A stretch of 64,000 nt of DNA, taken from the NCBI GenBank assembly GCA_043818175.1, contig JBDRGA010000052.1, positions 24,723-88,722 of the forward strand. Reading direction: 5' to 3'. A program made the position numbers and the translations under genes. Below the pieces are notes generated by a model that ran no database searches, was not told the origin of the DNA, and saw only the letters and a program-made list of their open reading frames with translations. This DNA is from Candidatus Woesearchaeota archaeon (GTDB lineage Archaea; Nanobdellota; Nanobdellia; Woesearchaeales; JBDRGA01). Shown piece after piece: positions 49,012 through 59,182 of the stretch (positions within the stretch are counted from its first letter, which is position 1; each line of letters begins with the position of its first letter).

Positions 49012-51525
49012 ATGCTCACGGACAAGGAAGTAAAGAACAAATTCAGGCAAACGTTCTACAATAACCCTGAGAAATACTATCCTGTTGAAATACTAAAGCA
49101 GGAAGGATATACACGGTATTTTTGCGAGAATTGTAAAAAACCGTTCTGGAGCATGAAGAAAAGCAGCAGGTGTGGAGACCCAAGCTGCAATCCCGAATTA
49201 AGCTTTGGGTTCATAGGCAATACGCCTGCAAAGGAAAAGTTATCGTACGTTGATGTTTGGAAGAATTTCTCAGCAATGTTCAAGAAGTTCGGTTACACCC
49301 CTATTAAGAGGTATCCTACCGTTGCACGATGGAATCCAACCCTTGAATACACCAATGCAAGCATTGCAGCATTCCAACCATTCGTAATTTCAGGAGAAAT
49401 TCAACCACCAGCAAACCCATTGGTAATTCCACAATTCTGCCTAAGATTTGGAGACATAGATAATGTAGGAATAACGATGAGCCATCATACAGGATTTGTG
49501 ATGATAGGACAGCACATGTTCGTACCACCCGAAAAATGGGACCAGAATGAAGTGTTCAGACATATTCATGAATGGAACACAAAAGGATTGGGGTTAAAGA
49601 ATGAGGACCTAACGTATCATGAAGACGCGTGGGCAGGCGGCGGCAATTTTGGATGCTGCATGGAATTCTTCAGCAAGGGCTGTGAACTCGGAAATCAGGT
49701 TTACATGCTCTACGAGCAGACTCCAACAGGCCATAGAGACCTGAACCTAAAAGTCCTGGATATGGGAATGGGCATGGAAAGGAATGCATGGTTTAGCCAG
49801 GGAAGTTCAACTATATACGATGCGGTTTTCCCTGCAGTGAATAAGAAACTTTACAGCATCACAGGGTACAAGCCTGATGAGGCATTACTGAAAAAATACG
49901 TTCCAAATGCAGGACTCCTAAATGCAGATGAAACAGACGACATGGAAGGACAGTGGAAAATTGTAGCAAAGAGAGCAGGAACGACTTCCAAGGAACTGAA
50001 GGAAGCGATTATACCATTGAGTGCAATCTACAGCATAGGAGAGCACACAAGAACATTACTTGTTTCTTTGACTGATGGTGCTCTCCCAAGCAATGTAGGA
50101 GGAGCGCACAATTTACGCATGCTTTACAGAAGGGCGAGAAGCATGCAGGAACGCCAGGGATGGAAGCTGGAATTAAATGATGTAACGGAATGGCATGCAA
50201 AAGAACTGAAACCATTGTTCCCTGAGTTGAACGAACATCTGGAAACTGTAAAAAGAATATTATCGAGCGAAGACGCAAAGTACCGAGAAAACAAATCTCG
50301 AACAAAGCAGATAATTGAGAAAATAATCACAAAAAAAGTGGATACTAAAACAATTCTCGAACTATACGACAGCCAAGGTATAGACCCTAAAGAAATACAA
50401 GATGCAGCAAAGACGAAAGGACAGAAAATAGATGTTCCTGACAACTTCTACGCGTTGCTTTCTGAAAGACATCAATTAGAAACACCTCAGAAAGCACAAA
50501 CAAAGAGACATTTTGATATTGACACTTCCACGCTTGCAGGTACTGAATTGCTTTACTGGCAGCACTACGACCTTTTTGATTTTGAAGCAAGAGTCCTGAA
50601 GGCTGAAGGTAATTTCGTTGTTCTTGATAGAACTGCATTCTATCCAACTTCAGGAGGCCAGGAGCATGATTCTGGCAAAATAAACGATGAACGAGTCGTT
50701 GACTGTGCAAAGAATGGAAATGTTGTTATTCACATAATGGAAGTTCCCACAAAGCTAAAAGTGGGAATGACTGTTGGTGGAAAGGTTGATTCCGAAAGAA
50801 GAATACAATTGGCACAGCACCACACAAGCACGCACATTATTGGAGGAGCTGCAAAGAAAGTACTAGGAGATCATATCTGGCAGGCAGGCGCGGCAAAGAG
50901 CATTGAAAAGGCAAGGCTCGACGTAACTCATTACGAAACAATAACTGACGAACAATTAAAACAGATAGAGAATGAAGCCAATAGGATAATCAAAGAGAAC
51001 AAACCAGTGTTTAAGGAATTCATGCCACGCAATGTCGCGGAAGCCCGATACGGATTCAGAATATACCAGGGAGGAGCAGTACCCGGCAAAGAAATCCGCA
51101 TTGTAGAACTCCAAGGCTGGGACGTGCAGGCATGTGGAGGAACGCATTTGAACAACACGGGCGAGGCAGTATGTATTAAGATTCTGAAAAGCAGTAAGGT
51201 GCAGGATGGTGCTATAAGGATTGAGTTCGTTGCAGGTAATGCTGCACTTAAGTTCATCGAAACTGAAAAAACGATTCTTGACGCGCTATCACAGGAATTA
51301 AATTGCGACTATCTTGAGATTCCGGGACGGATTGAAGAACTGTTCGAGCTCTGGAAGAAAGCAAAGAAGGCCGGCAAATCAGGATTGAAACTCACTGCAG
51401 ATGAGAAGAAGTTGAAGTCAAAAGTAAAGCACGCGGGAGATGTTCTTTCAGAAGCAAGCAGAATCCTCAAGACGCAGCCCGAGCATTTGGTTAAGACGGT
51501 GCAACGATTTAAGAGTGAGGTCTAG
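49012..51525 (+). CDS. alaS: alanyl-tRNA synthetase (archaeal type)
   Basis: Class II core; editing-domain zinc motif HHTSTHIIGG...C; C-terminal DHHA1-like region. Confidence 0.9.
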   Translation: MLTDKEVKNKFRQTFYNNPEKYYPVEILKQEGYTRYFCENCKKPFWSMKKSSRCGDPSCNPELSFGFIGNTPAKEKLSYVDVWKNFSAMFKKFGYTPIKRYPTVARWNPTLEYTNASIAAFQPFVISGEIQPPANPLVIPQFCLRFGDIDNVGITMSHHTGFVMIGQHMFVPPEKWDQNEVFRHIHEWNTKGLGLKNEDLTYHEDAWAGGGNFGCCMEFFSKGCELGNQVYMLYEQTPTGHRDLNLKVLDMGMGMERNAWFSQGSSTIYDAVFPAVNKKLYSITGYKPDEALLKKYVPNAGLLNADETDDMEGQWKIVAKRAGTTSKELKEAIIPLSAIYSIGEHTRTLLVSLTDGALPSNVGGAHNLRMLYRRARSMQERQGWKLELNDVTEWHAKELKPLFPELNEHLETVKRILSSEDAKYRENKSRTKQIIEKIITKKVDTKTILELYDSQGIDPKEIQDAAKTKGQKIDVPDNFYALLSERHQLETPQKAQTKRHFDIDTSTLAGTELLYWQHYDLFDFEARVLKAEGNFVVLDRTAFYPTSGGQEHDSGKINDERVVDCAKNGNVVIHIMEVPTKLKVGMTVGGKVDSERRIQLAQHHTSTHIIGGAAKKVLGDHIWQAGAAKSIEKARLDVTHYETITDEQLKQIENEANRIIKENKPVFKEFMPRNVAEARYGFRIYQGGAVPGKEIRIVELQGWDVQACGGTHLNNTGEAVCIKILKSSKVQDGAIRIEFVAGNAALKFIETEKTILDALSQELNCDYLEIPGRIEELFELWKKAKKAGKSGLKLTADEKKLKSKVKHAGDVLSEASRILKTQPEHLVKTVQRFKSEV

Positions 51526-52228
51526 AGTACATTACTATTCTATCCTTACCTTGTTCTTTCGCCACTTGTCTCAGGGTCTCAGCTTCCCGCATTAGAACCC
51601 CTGCAAATTCTTGTACGAAGTCCTTTCTCCTTTGAAGTGCTATTGGAACAGAACCGTAGTGATCAAATGAACCAACGGCACCAATGCTAAGCGTAACTGG
51701 AACATCCGATTTAAGGTACTCCCTTGCTGCTTCAGTCGTACGTAAACGAATACGCTCCAGGACTGGAAGCGCATCCTCCTGATTTGTCCTGTTAAGCACG
51801 ATGCCATATTCGTCTCCTCCAACGCACCCCGCAATGTCTTCCAAACGAATAGCATCGAGAACCACTTTGCCGAATACGTTGTGAATGCCATCAACGGCCG
51901 TGTGTCCAAATCGGGTGTTCATCGCTTTCTGGTCATCAAAATCAGCCAGAGCTAAAACAAGACCTTTTCCATTTCTCACTCGTTCGGCAAGCATTCTTGT
52001 AAGACCGTCTAAGAATAATTTCTTTGCATATAGTCCACTATTGGGACTCTTGCCTGCATGTTCGAAAAAATGCCAGCCAATGCTTTGCTGAGCTGCAGGA
52101 GGAGAGTAAGCCAATGCAGCATGTATGCCCTCTGGAAGAAATTGTACACCCTCAACAAGAGCATATCTTCTTGCTTTAGCGGGCATAACCAGTGATTCTG
52201 GATTTTCGAAAGGATTTATGTCTCTCAT
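51509..52228 (-). CDS. GGDEF-domain protein (diguanylate cyclase-like; GGDEY variant)
   Basis: LALADFDDQKAMNTRFGH, AGCVGGDEYGIVL, TLSIGAV and AKEQGKDRIV match the GGDEF fold signature elements. Confidence 0.65.
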   Translation of the reverse strand: MRDINPFENPESLVMPAKARRYALVEGVQFLPEGIHAALAYSPPAAQQSIGWHFFEHAGKSPNSGLYAKKLFLDGLTRMLAERVRNGKGLVLALADFDDQKAMNTRFGHTAVDGIHNVFGKVVLDAIRLEDIAGCVGGDEYGIVLNRTNQEDALPVLERIRLRTTEAAREYLKSDVPVTLSIGAVGSFDHYGSVPIALQRRKDFVQEFAGVLMREAETLRQVAKEQGKDRIVMYSRPHS

Positions 52229-52331
52229 TATCTGCTGAATCCTGCTTCGTTTATAATCCTTTCGTAATGCAACTACTATAAAGTAACAACTAATACAAAC
52301 ATTTATATAGTAGTTTTACCACTATACAGGA

Positions 52332-52832
52332 ATGAAACTGCTCTGGGTTCTTGTGATGATTACCTGCTTCCTAGGAGGCATGGTAGCAGACAGCGCAATA
52401 CATCTCACAAGAGCAGAACCTTCGACAGAAAGCCCTGCCGACCAGACCGTTCTAATGGAAAAGCCATCACCTGGAAACTGGGTTCCTGAGACTGCAATCA
52501 AAGTAGGCAACGATCACGTCGTCATTGACCTCACAGGCAGAGATGTGCAGTGGAGTACATTTACAGATACGAACAGCATGGACCCTGTACTCGACGCAGG
52601 AAGCAACGGCATTGAAGTAAAGCCCAATAACGCTGACGAGATAGATATAGGTGATATTGTAGCGTACAAAAGCGAGTACTCTGAGGGCATAATTATACAT
52701 CGCGTTGTCGAAAAAAGTTATGACAGAGATGGCGTGTACTTCACGCTCAAGGGAGACAACAACCCAAGAGCAGACCCTGGCAAAGTGCGTTTTGAGCAGA
52801 TTCAGAGAGTTCTCGTGGCGATAATCTATTAG
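52332..52832 (+). CDS. signal peptidase I (S26 family)
   Basis: N-terminal TM. Catalytic Ser box TDTNSMDPVL and GDNNPRAD. Confidence 0.75.
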   Translation: MKLLWVLVMITCFLGGMVADSAIHLTRAEPSTESPADQTVLMEKPSPGNWVPETAIKVGNDHVVIDLTGRDVQWSTFTDTNSMDPVLDAGSNGIEVKPNNADEIDIGDIVAYKSEYSEGIIIHRVVEKSYDRDGVYFTLKGDNNPRADPGKVRFEQIQRVLVAIIY

Positions 52833-52833
52833 G

Positions 52834-53271
52834 GTGAATCAAGTGATAATTAGAAGACTCGAAACCCTTGCTGATTACCGTGATTTTCTGCAGTTGCGCC
52901 TTGATAACCCTTCTCACTGGGTGGACAATCAACATGAACCCTTCGAAATTCTCAGACATTCTGGAGAATTAAGGTTCTCGCCATGGGTGCTTGTTGCACA
53001 TCGAGACAACCCCGCAGGATATGTGGCTGCAATTGAACAGGAAGGAACCATACGAGTTCACAGCATACTCACTGACACAAATCACAGAGGTACTGGCGTC
53101 GCAAGGACACTAATTGGCAGGCTCGAAACAATGGCCAGAGAAGCAAACGCACGTATCATAACAGGCACTCCGGTTCATATGGAAAACAGCGAATCCGCCG
53201 AATTCTTTAACAGCTCAGGGTATAAGTTCACACACATACAGGGCATGCGCATCCCTTACAAGGTTCTTTAG
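52834..53271 (+). CDS. GNAT family N-acetyltransferase
   Basis: Acetyl-CoA binding HRGTGVARTLI. Confidence 0.6.
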   Translation: MNQVIIRRLETLADYRDFLQLRLDNPSHWVDNQHEPFEILRHSGELRFSPWVLVAHRDNPAGYVAAIEQEGTIRVHSILTDTNHRGTGVARTLIGRLETMAREANARIITGTPVHMENSESAEFFNSSGYKFTHIQGMRIPYKVL

Positions 53272-53313
53272 CTACCACAAGCCTTAAAAAGGCCCTCCTG
53301 ATTCCTCAAAGAC

Positions 53314-53691
53314 ATGGCAATATCACAGGAAAGGAGCTTAAGAAAGCCTTCAGGGGCAAGAATGAAGGGAAAGCCCAGCAAGAGGCTGGCACTGAAGGGA
53401 AGCAAGCCCACAGGAACGATTATCGGAGAACAGGTCAGAAGGACCGTAAGAGGAAGAGGAGGAAATGAAAGGTTCAGAACCCTCGCAATCAACACAGTAA
53501 GTCTCTACGATCCAAAAACCAAGAATACAACAAAGGAAGACATCATCCAAGTAGTTGATAATTCTGCAAGTGCACACTTCGTTAGGAGAAACATCGTGAC
53601 TAAGGGCGCGATTATAGAAACGAAGAAGGGAAAGGCAAAGGTAACCAATAGACCAGGTCAAGAAGGGACGCTACAAGCTGTACTAGTTTAG
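53314..53691 (+). CDS. rps8e: ribosomal protein S8e
   Basis: MAISQERSLRKPSGARMKG N-terminus typical of S8e. Confidence 0.85.
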   Translation: MAISQERSLRKPSGARMKGKPSKRLALKGSKPTGTIIGEQVRRTVRGRGGNERFRTLAINTVSLYDPKTKNTTKEDIIQVVDNSASAHFVRRNIVTKGAIIETKKGKAKVTNRPGQEGTLQAVLV

Positions 53692-53756
53692 TCATTCCCC
53701 ACACCAGTATACCATTTTCCACCACATTTATATATTAGTTCTGTCTGAATTACAAG

Positions 53757-54923
53757 ATGCGTGAAACGGCGAAAAGCATCGTTCAGCTAGTTATAGGAGC
53801 AGGCGTAATTCTCATTCTGATAGGTGTATTCTTATTCGCGTGCGCACGAACCCAGTGCACGATAGGTGAGTATACCTACGCCAACTGGAATGAACTCCTG
53901 TTTGCGATTGCACCCAAACTGTCGTTGCTAATAATCCTGTTCGTCATATTCAAACTAGTAAGCAATGTAGGCATTGAGCTTTTCTTCAAGAAAATCTATC
54001 TGGTTCAGCACACAGAGCGGGAATATTTTGGTACGGCAAAACTAGTCCGGTTCTTCCTTTGGGTTGGATTCATCGTACTTTGCTTAGGCATTGTATTCAG
54101 AAATGTTGGTGCGTTACTCACAAGCCTGGGTCTCATAGGATTTGGTATAACGTTCGCGCTTCAAAAACCAATAATGAACTTTGTCGGATGGATGACTATT
54201 CTAACCAGTAAAACATATAGCATAGGCGACAGAGTCAAGATTGGAGAGGTGAGAGGCGATGTAGTAGACATACAGGTAATGAGCACTGTTATGATGAGTC
54301 TTCTGGAAAGCTCCGACCTTAGGAGCGATAAACTCGTGACGGTTCCAAACGAACTCGTGCTCACAACCGCAGTTGAAAACTACACTAAGAACAGCAACTT
54401 CGTAACGGATGAACTACGAATCACAATAACTTATGAGAGCAATTACAGAGGGGCGATGGAACTCTTGCACAACATTGCAACAGAACAGGCCAACCAGAAC
54501 ATCCACCTCTACAAACAAAGGGTAAGCACAAGAAGAATAGAGCTCGAAAAGAGAATCAACAGACTCACCAGAAGATTCCTTCAGAAAGAGGATGACGAAG
54601 AAACACAGAAGGAAATCAAGGCACTTGAACGTGAGAGAAAAGGTCTTGATGAATTAGGGGGGGAGGTAAAAGAACAGTTCAAGCCCAGGGTACGACTTGA
54701 AATGCTTGATTCCTCGCTGGCCTTGATATGCCAGTTCTACTGTCCATATAACGCCATGAAAAAAAATAGGACAGAAATAAATCTTAAGTTCCTGGATGCA
54801 ATCAAGAAGCGCGACGACATCGAAGTGGCGTACCCACACATAGAAGTGATTCAACACCAGCCCAAAATAATGGCTTCAACAAAGCTAAGCAAGTGGCAAG
54901 AAAAACAGGAAGAAAAGAAATAG
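53757..54923 (+). CDS. mechanosensitive ion channel (MscS family)
   Basis: TM helices then the conserved beta domain YSIGDRVKIGEVRGDVVDIQVMSTVM. Confidence 0.8.
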   Translation: MRETAKSIVQLVIGAGVILILIGVFLFACARTQCTIGEYTYANWNELLFAIAPKLSLLIILFVIFKLVSNVGIELFFKKIYLVQHTEREYFGTAKLVRFFLWVGFIVLCLGIVFRNVGALLTSLGLIGFGITFALQKPIMNFVGWMTILTSKTYSIGDRVKIGEVRGDVVDIQVMSTVMMSLLESSDLRSDKLVTVPNELVLTTAVENYTKNSNFVTDELRITITYESNYRGAMELLHNIATEQANQNIHLYKQRVSTRRIELEKRINRLTRRFLQKEDDEETQKEIKALERERKGLDELGGEVKEQFKPRVRLEMLDSSLALICQFYCPYNAMKKNRTEINLKFLDAIKKRDDIEVAYPHIEVIQHQPKIMASTKLSKWQEKQEEKK

Positions 54924-55390
54924 GAAGGATTAATGGGATAATCACTAGAATTTTCATACTGCAGGTTGCATGTTAGCATTCATTACTTTCCTGTGCTCTT
55001 CTGTATAAAGCTTAACTACTTTAAACTTTCCTGTGGTTTTGTCTTGCATTGGAAGAATGTTTAATTCTGTGATTAGTACTTCCCCTCTATAATCCTATAC
55101 GCCATTCTTGTTATGTGCCAAGAAGCATCTTACTGGAGGTAATCTATACAGTCGCTTCTTATCTTTTTCAAAGCTATATTCATTATTTAGTTCAAGATTT
55201 TCAGGAAAGCCTTGTTCAGAGGTTATGCATAATGTATCATTCATCACGAAATCAGTTATTCCCATAGTAACTTAAAGAATTATACATTATATAAAGCTAA
55301 CCAATAAACTACTACCTGCCACTTTCCAAGTAATTCTTTTCTTCATTAAACATTAGAAAAATAAGAGTAAAAAAGTGAAAATTAGTTTGT

Positions 55391-55846
55391 TTATTCCGCG
55401 TAAAGCTTGACTCTTTCAGGGTCGTACTTCCAAGACTTGTCTAGCTTACCAGTGACCTTGTAGTACTTCATAAGCCGTCTAATCTTGCTTTCAGTAAGCT
55501 GCAATCCTCTCAAGGCAGTCATGTCCTGTTTATTGGAACCAATGTGTTTTCGAACCAACACACTCTTTTTTATGAGAGCTCGGAGGTCCTCGGGAATTTC
55601 AAGACCAACTTTCTTCTCTTCAAGAAGCTTTGTTATGCTCTTTCCACATATCAGTTTAACGTCAGGAATACCATACGCATCCCTAAGCCTCATTCCAATC
55701 TGAGAAGGTGACCTTCCTTCCTTTGCGTACTTCAAGACTAGCGTTTCCACTTCCTTGGCTTTCAGTTTCATCCATGCAGGAGCCACAGGCTCAACAGGTT
55801 TCGTACTTCCGCTCTTGCCGCGGGCTCTTCCGTGCATTCGTGCCAT
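55391..55846 (-). CDS. rps15: ribosomal protein S15P (S13e)
   Basis: MARMHGRARGKSGSTKP...KKGLTPSQIGMRLRD-type signature. Confidence 0.9.
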   Translation of the reverse strand: MARMHGRARGKSGSTKPVEPVAPAWMKLKAKEVETLVLKYAKEGRSPSQIGMRLRDAYGIPDVKLICGKSITKLLEEKKVGLEIPEDLRALIKKSVLVRKHIGSNKQDMTALRGLQLTESKIRRLMKYYKVTGKLDKSWKYDPERVKLYAE

Positions 55847-55965
55847 AGATACTTCCTCCTGGTCAGGGAAAGCGTCGCCGTCCCAGCCTAAGCAGTGGCA
55901 AACGCCATTTATTTATAAGCATTTGGCTTCAGAAAGCTTAAATAGCACGCCATCGAAGGAAAAAC

Positions 55966-56667
55966 ATGCCAGATGACACCTTCCGAGGATACAGATTCAC
56001 AATCAGACTAGTAATAGTGCTCATCGTAGCTGCATTCGTTTTTACCATAGCCAGAAACGCAATGAAAGAACCAACAGTTACCGGTAGAGTTGTGGCATCA
56101 GACAATCTTTCCGTAAATGCGCCTAATCTTGTCCTTCTCGTAGATGGACAGGCAATCACCACTGACCTTGGACCGTACACAGAAGCATCTGGAGACCCGA
56201 AATACTTTATAGTACAACAGTCCAACCCAGACCTAGCTAACTGCCAATTTAAAGGGAGGTTGATAACATGCACTCCTCAAAGTTCGATGCCTGGAACCTC
56301 TAGAGTTACGGTTCGCGCAGTTCTGGACACCAGTACTGCTGAGAGCACATTTGATGTCATAGTTCGGCCAAAGCCAGACAGAATTAGTCTAGTGATGATG
56401 ATTCCAGATATTCGAATAAATCAGGGAGACCACGAGATAACTTTCGATGTATCACCTTATTTCAACAATCCAACACCCAAACAGTACACAGTAACAATGA
56501 ATGACATTGCAGGACTTGACGCGAAGGTCGATGGAACCATAATCACCATTTGGGCAGAGAACTCTTGGGATGGTGAAGGATATTACCGTTTTACAGCATG
56601 GCAAGAGGGGAAGAGAACAGACAGCAATCTTGTTCATGTCTACAGAAGTAAAGGGAGCCTTTGGTAG
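55966..56667 (+). CDS. hypothetical membrane-anchored protein
   Basis: N-terminal TM segment; ORF only. Confidence 0.3.
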   Translation: MPDDTFRGYRFTIRLVIVLIVAAFVFTIARNAMKEPTVTGRVVASDNLSVNAPNLVLLVDGQAITTDLGPYTEASGDPKYFIVQQSNPDLANCQFKGRLITCTPQSSMPGTSRVTVRAVLDTSTAESTFDVIVRPKPDRISLVMMIPDIRINQGDHEITFDVSPYFNNPTPKQYTVTMNDIAGLDAKVDGTIITIWAENSWDGEGYYRFTAWQEGKRTDSNLVHVYRSKGSLW

Positions 56668-56706
56668 AACGAAAACAATTTAAACCCCTCTTCACGGTTA
56701 TGTTTT

Positions 56707-57321
56707 ATGGATCGCACAGTGAAGAAGACAGGATTGATCATAGCATTATTCCTCGTTATGGCGACGGCATCTACTGCTCTCACACTTAAACTCTCAACAC
56801 CTTTGAACGCTGAACAAATTCATCAAGCATCTAAGACATCAGAATTCTACGGTTCAATGGGAGATTATCTTCTAACTCATGGGTATGTTCAGCAGGCACA
56901 ACGCGCTTATGAAATTGGACTGTCTTATGGAGGAAGTCCTGCATTGTTGCACAACCTTGGCAAGATAGCGTATGATAGGACTGAATTGGAAGACGCAAGA
57001 GACCTCTTTCAAAAGGCAATTGACCTGGACAATTCATACGCAAAGGCATTCCACAGCCTAGGAATCCTAGACACGGAAGAAGGCAGGTACAATGATGCTG
57101 TTATGCACTTTGGTCAATATGCAAAGCTCACGGGTGACGCAGATTCGCATTGCCAGCTCGGTAACGCGCTTGCGTTGAGTGCCAGGTACGACAATGCAGA
57201 TACTGTTGACGAAGCAATATCAGAATACAAAACATGCATTTCGATGGATCCAGCATATGAAGGAGCCGAGAATAACTTACGAGTTCTTGAAAGAGTTAAA
57301 GAGATTCAATCAGCAAGCTAG
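56707..57321 (+). CDS. secreted TPR-repeat protein
   Basis: Signal peptide; TPR-like AxxYxxGL/AxxxxxKA periodicity. Confidence 0.6.
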   Translation: MDRTVKKTGLIIALFLVMATASTALTLKLSTPLNAEQIHQASKTSEFYGSMGDYLLTHGYVQQAQRAYEIGLSYGGSPALLHNLGKIAYDRTELEDARDLFQKAIDLDNSYAKAFHSLGILDTEEGRYNDAVMHFGQYAKLTGDADSHCQLGNALALSARYDNADTVDEAISEYKTCISMDPAYEGAENNLRVLERVKEIQSAS

Positions 57322-57384
57322 TAACCGGATATCTTCCGGAAAATTGTGAGACAAACATATTATATCTAGCATAGTCTATGTTTT

Positions 57385-57717
57385 GTGAACGACAGACAAC
57401 TTAGAATTCTGGCAATGCTTGCAGGAATTTTGGGCATTGCAATAATTGCAGTAATCAGCACAATTGTAAAGCCGCCAACACCTGAAAATGCTATGGATGG
57501 TCAACGCGTAGAATTCACCGGCAATGTTCTAAGTATTCAACACACAAAAGCCACAACCAGAATGAAAGTAAACACCACCTGTATTCTTGATGTTACTATC
57601 TTTGACCCAGATGTAAAGAGTAAAGGAAATATTATCGTGAAGGGCCAGATGGAAGGCAAGTGGCCTAGTATTTTGGCTGACGGTATTAGTACCGTCCACC
57701 AAGGTAGACCTTCTTGA
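57385..57717 (+). CDS. hypothetical small membrane-anchored protein
   Basis: ORF only. Confidence 0.25.
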   Translation: MNDRQLRILAMLAGILGIAIIAVISTIVKPPTPENAMDGQRVEFTGNVLSIQHTKATTRMKVNTTCILDVTIFDPDVKSKGNIIVKGQMEGKWPSILADGISTVHQGRPS

Positions 57718-58393
57718 TTTTGGGATTCTTCAGAATCTCCTTGCCACCTTCAAGAGCTACTTTTCCATCTTCGAGCAGGTAAGTCCTGTCCGCCATTTCG
57801 ATTGCTTTCTTTGCGTTCTGCTCGACTATCAAAATACATATTCCTTCAGAGCGCAACGAACCAATTATCGAAAATGTTTCGTGCACAAGCTTAGGACTTA
57901 AGCCAAGAGAAGGCTCGTCAAAAAGAATCAGCGAAGGGTTCTTCATCAAAGATCTGGCAATAGCCAACATTTGCTGTTGGCCTCCTGAGAGTGCATATGC
58001 AAGCTGGTCCTTTTTCTCTTGCAAAACCGGGAATTTTGAAAATACTCTCGTCAAAGCTGCCTGCAATGCTTCCTTTCCATTTAAGCCATCAGCACCCAAC
58101 AAAAGGTTCTCCATAACTGTAAGATTAGTAAAGTTAATCTTTCCCTGAGGAACGTACGACACGCCAATCCCAAGAAGTTCGTGAGTCGGCATGCCTGTTA
58201 TCTTCTCATCCTTGTAACGAATTTCGCCGGATGTTATTTTTGTAAGGCCAAATACACTTTTTAGAACAGTGCTCTTTCCAGCACCATTAGGACCAATTAA
58301 TGCAACCATCTCACCAGGAGCAACATTTATCGAGACATCTTTAAGCACCAGAAGCTCACCGTACCCTGCTGAAAGTTTGTTTATCTCAAGCAT
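57686..58393 (-). CDS. livF: branched-chain amino acid ABC transporter ATP-binding protein (LivF-like)
   Basis: Walker A GPNGAGKST, signature LSGGQQQ, Walker B ILFDEPS. Confidence 0.85.
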   Translation of the reverse strand: MLEINKLSAGYGELLVLKDVSINVAPGEMVALIGPNGAGKSTVLKSVFGLTKITSGEIRYKDEKITGMPTHELLGIGVSYVPQGKINFTNLTVMENLLLGADGLNGKEALQAALTRVFSKFPVLQEKKDQLAYALSGGQQQMLAIARSLMKNPSLILFDEPSLGLSPKLVHETFSIIGSLRSEGICILIVEQNAKKAIEMADRTYLLEDGKVALEGGKEILKNPKIKKVYLGGRY

Positions 58394-58396
58394 CCT

Positions 58397-59182
58397 TTAT
58401 CCTCCCAAATATGCAGCTAAAACTTTCTTGTTAGCCTGCACCTGCTTTGGTGTTCCTTTAGCTATAACTTTTCCTGCATCCAAAACATAAACGTAATCTG
58501 CCAGATCCATTACAAAATTCATGTCGTGCTCAATTACCAATATTGTATCTCCTTCTTTCACTCGTTTCCTGATTATATTCTTGATTTCAGTTCTTAATTT
58601 TGGATTCACACCAGCTACTGGTTCGTCAAGCATAAGCAACACGTGTGGTTTGGCAATTGCTATTGCAAGGTCCAGAAGTTTTCGTTGACCATAACTTAAG
58701 TCAGAAGCTAAGGTATCCAATGGCTTGTCTAGGCCAACAACAGATAGCCATTTCTGAATAATAGAATCATCAATCAATTCGCGTTTCCAGAAAACGTTAC
58801 GCCATAATGACTCGTCCTGAGTGCTCAACGCAATCGAGAGGTGCTCTCTTATTGTAAGGTTCGGAAACAGTCGTACGTCCTGGAATGTTCTTGAAATGCC
58901 ATGTCTCGCTACTAGATGCGCGTTGCTCGGCCTGTACTTGCTTACGTCATGCCCTTGAACAATTATGCTTCCATTGTCTTCATCTTCCAATTGAGAAATC
59001 ACGTGAAACAGAGTGCTCTTTCCAGAACCATTAGGACCAATTAATGCTGTGATGGATCCTTTCTTCACGCTAAGCGAACATTCTCTCAATGCACGAATTC
59101 CTCCAAAACGCTTGGATACACCTTTGACTTCCAGGATGCTCATGCCAGATCCACCTTCCCCATCAGCCCTCGAGGACGCCAC
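58397..59182 (-). CDS. livG: branched-chain amino acid ABC transporter ATP-binding protein (LivG-like)
   Basis: GPNGSGKST, LSYGQRKLL, LMLDEPVAG. Confidence 0.85.
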   Translation of the reverse strand: MASSRADGEGGSGMSILEVKGVSKRFGGIRALRECSLSVKKGSITALIGPNGSGKSTLFHVISQLEDEDNGSIIVQGHDVSKYRPSNAHLVARHGISRTFQDVRLFPNLTIREHLSIALSTQDESLWRNVFWKRELIDDSIIQKWLSVVGLDKPLDTLASDLSYGQRKLLDLAIAIAKPHVLLMLDEPVAGVNPKLRTEIKNIIRKRVKEGDTILVIEHDMNFVMDLADYVYVLDAGKVIAKGTPKQVQANKKVLAAYLGG

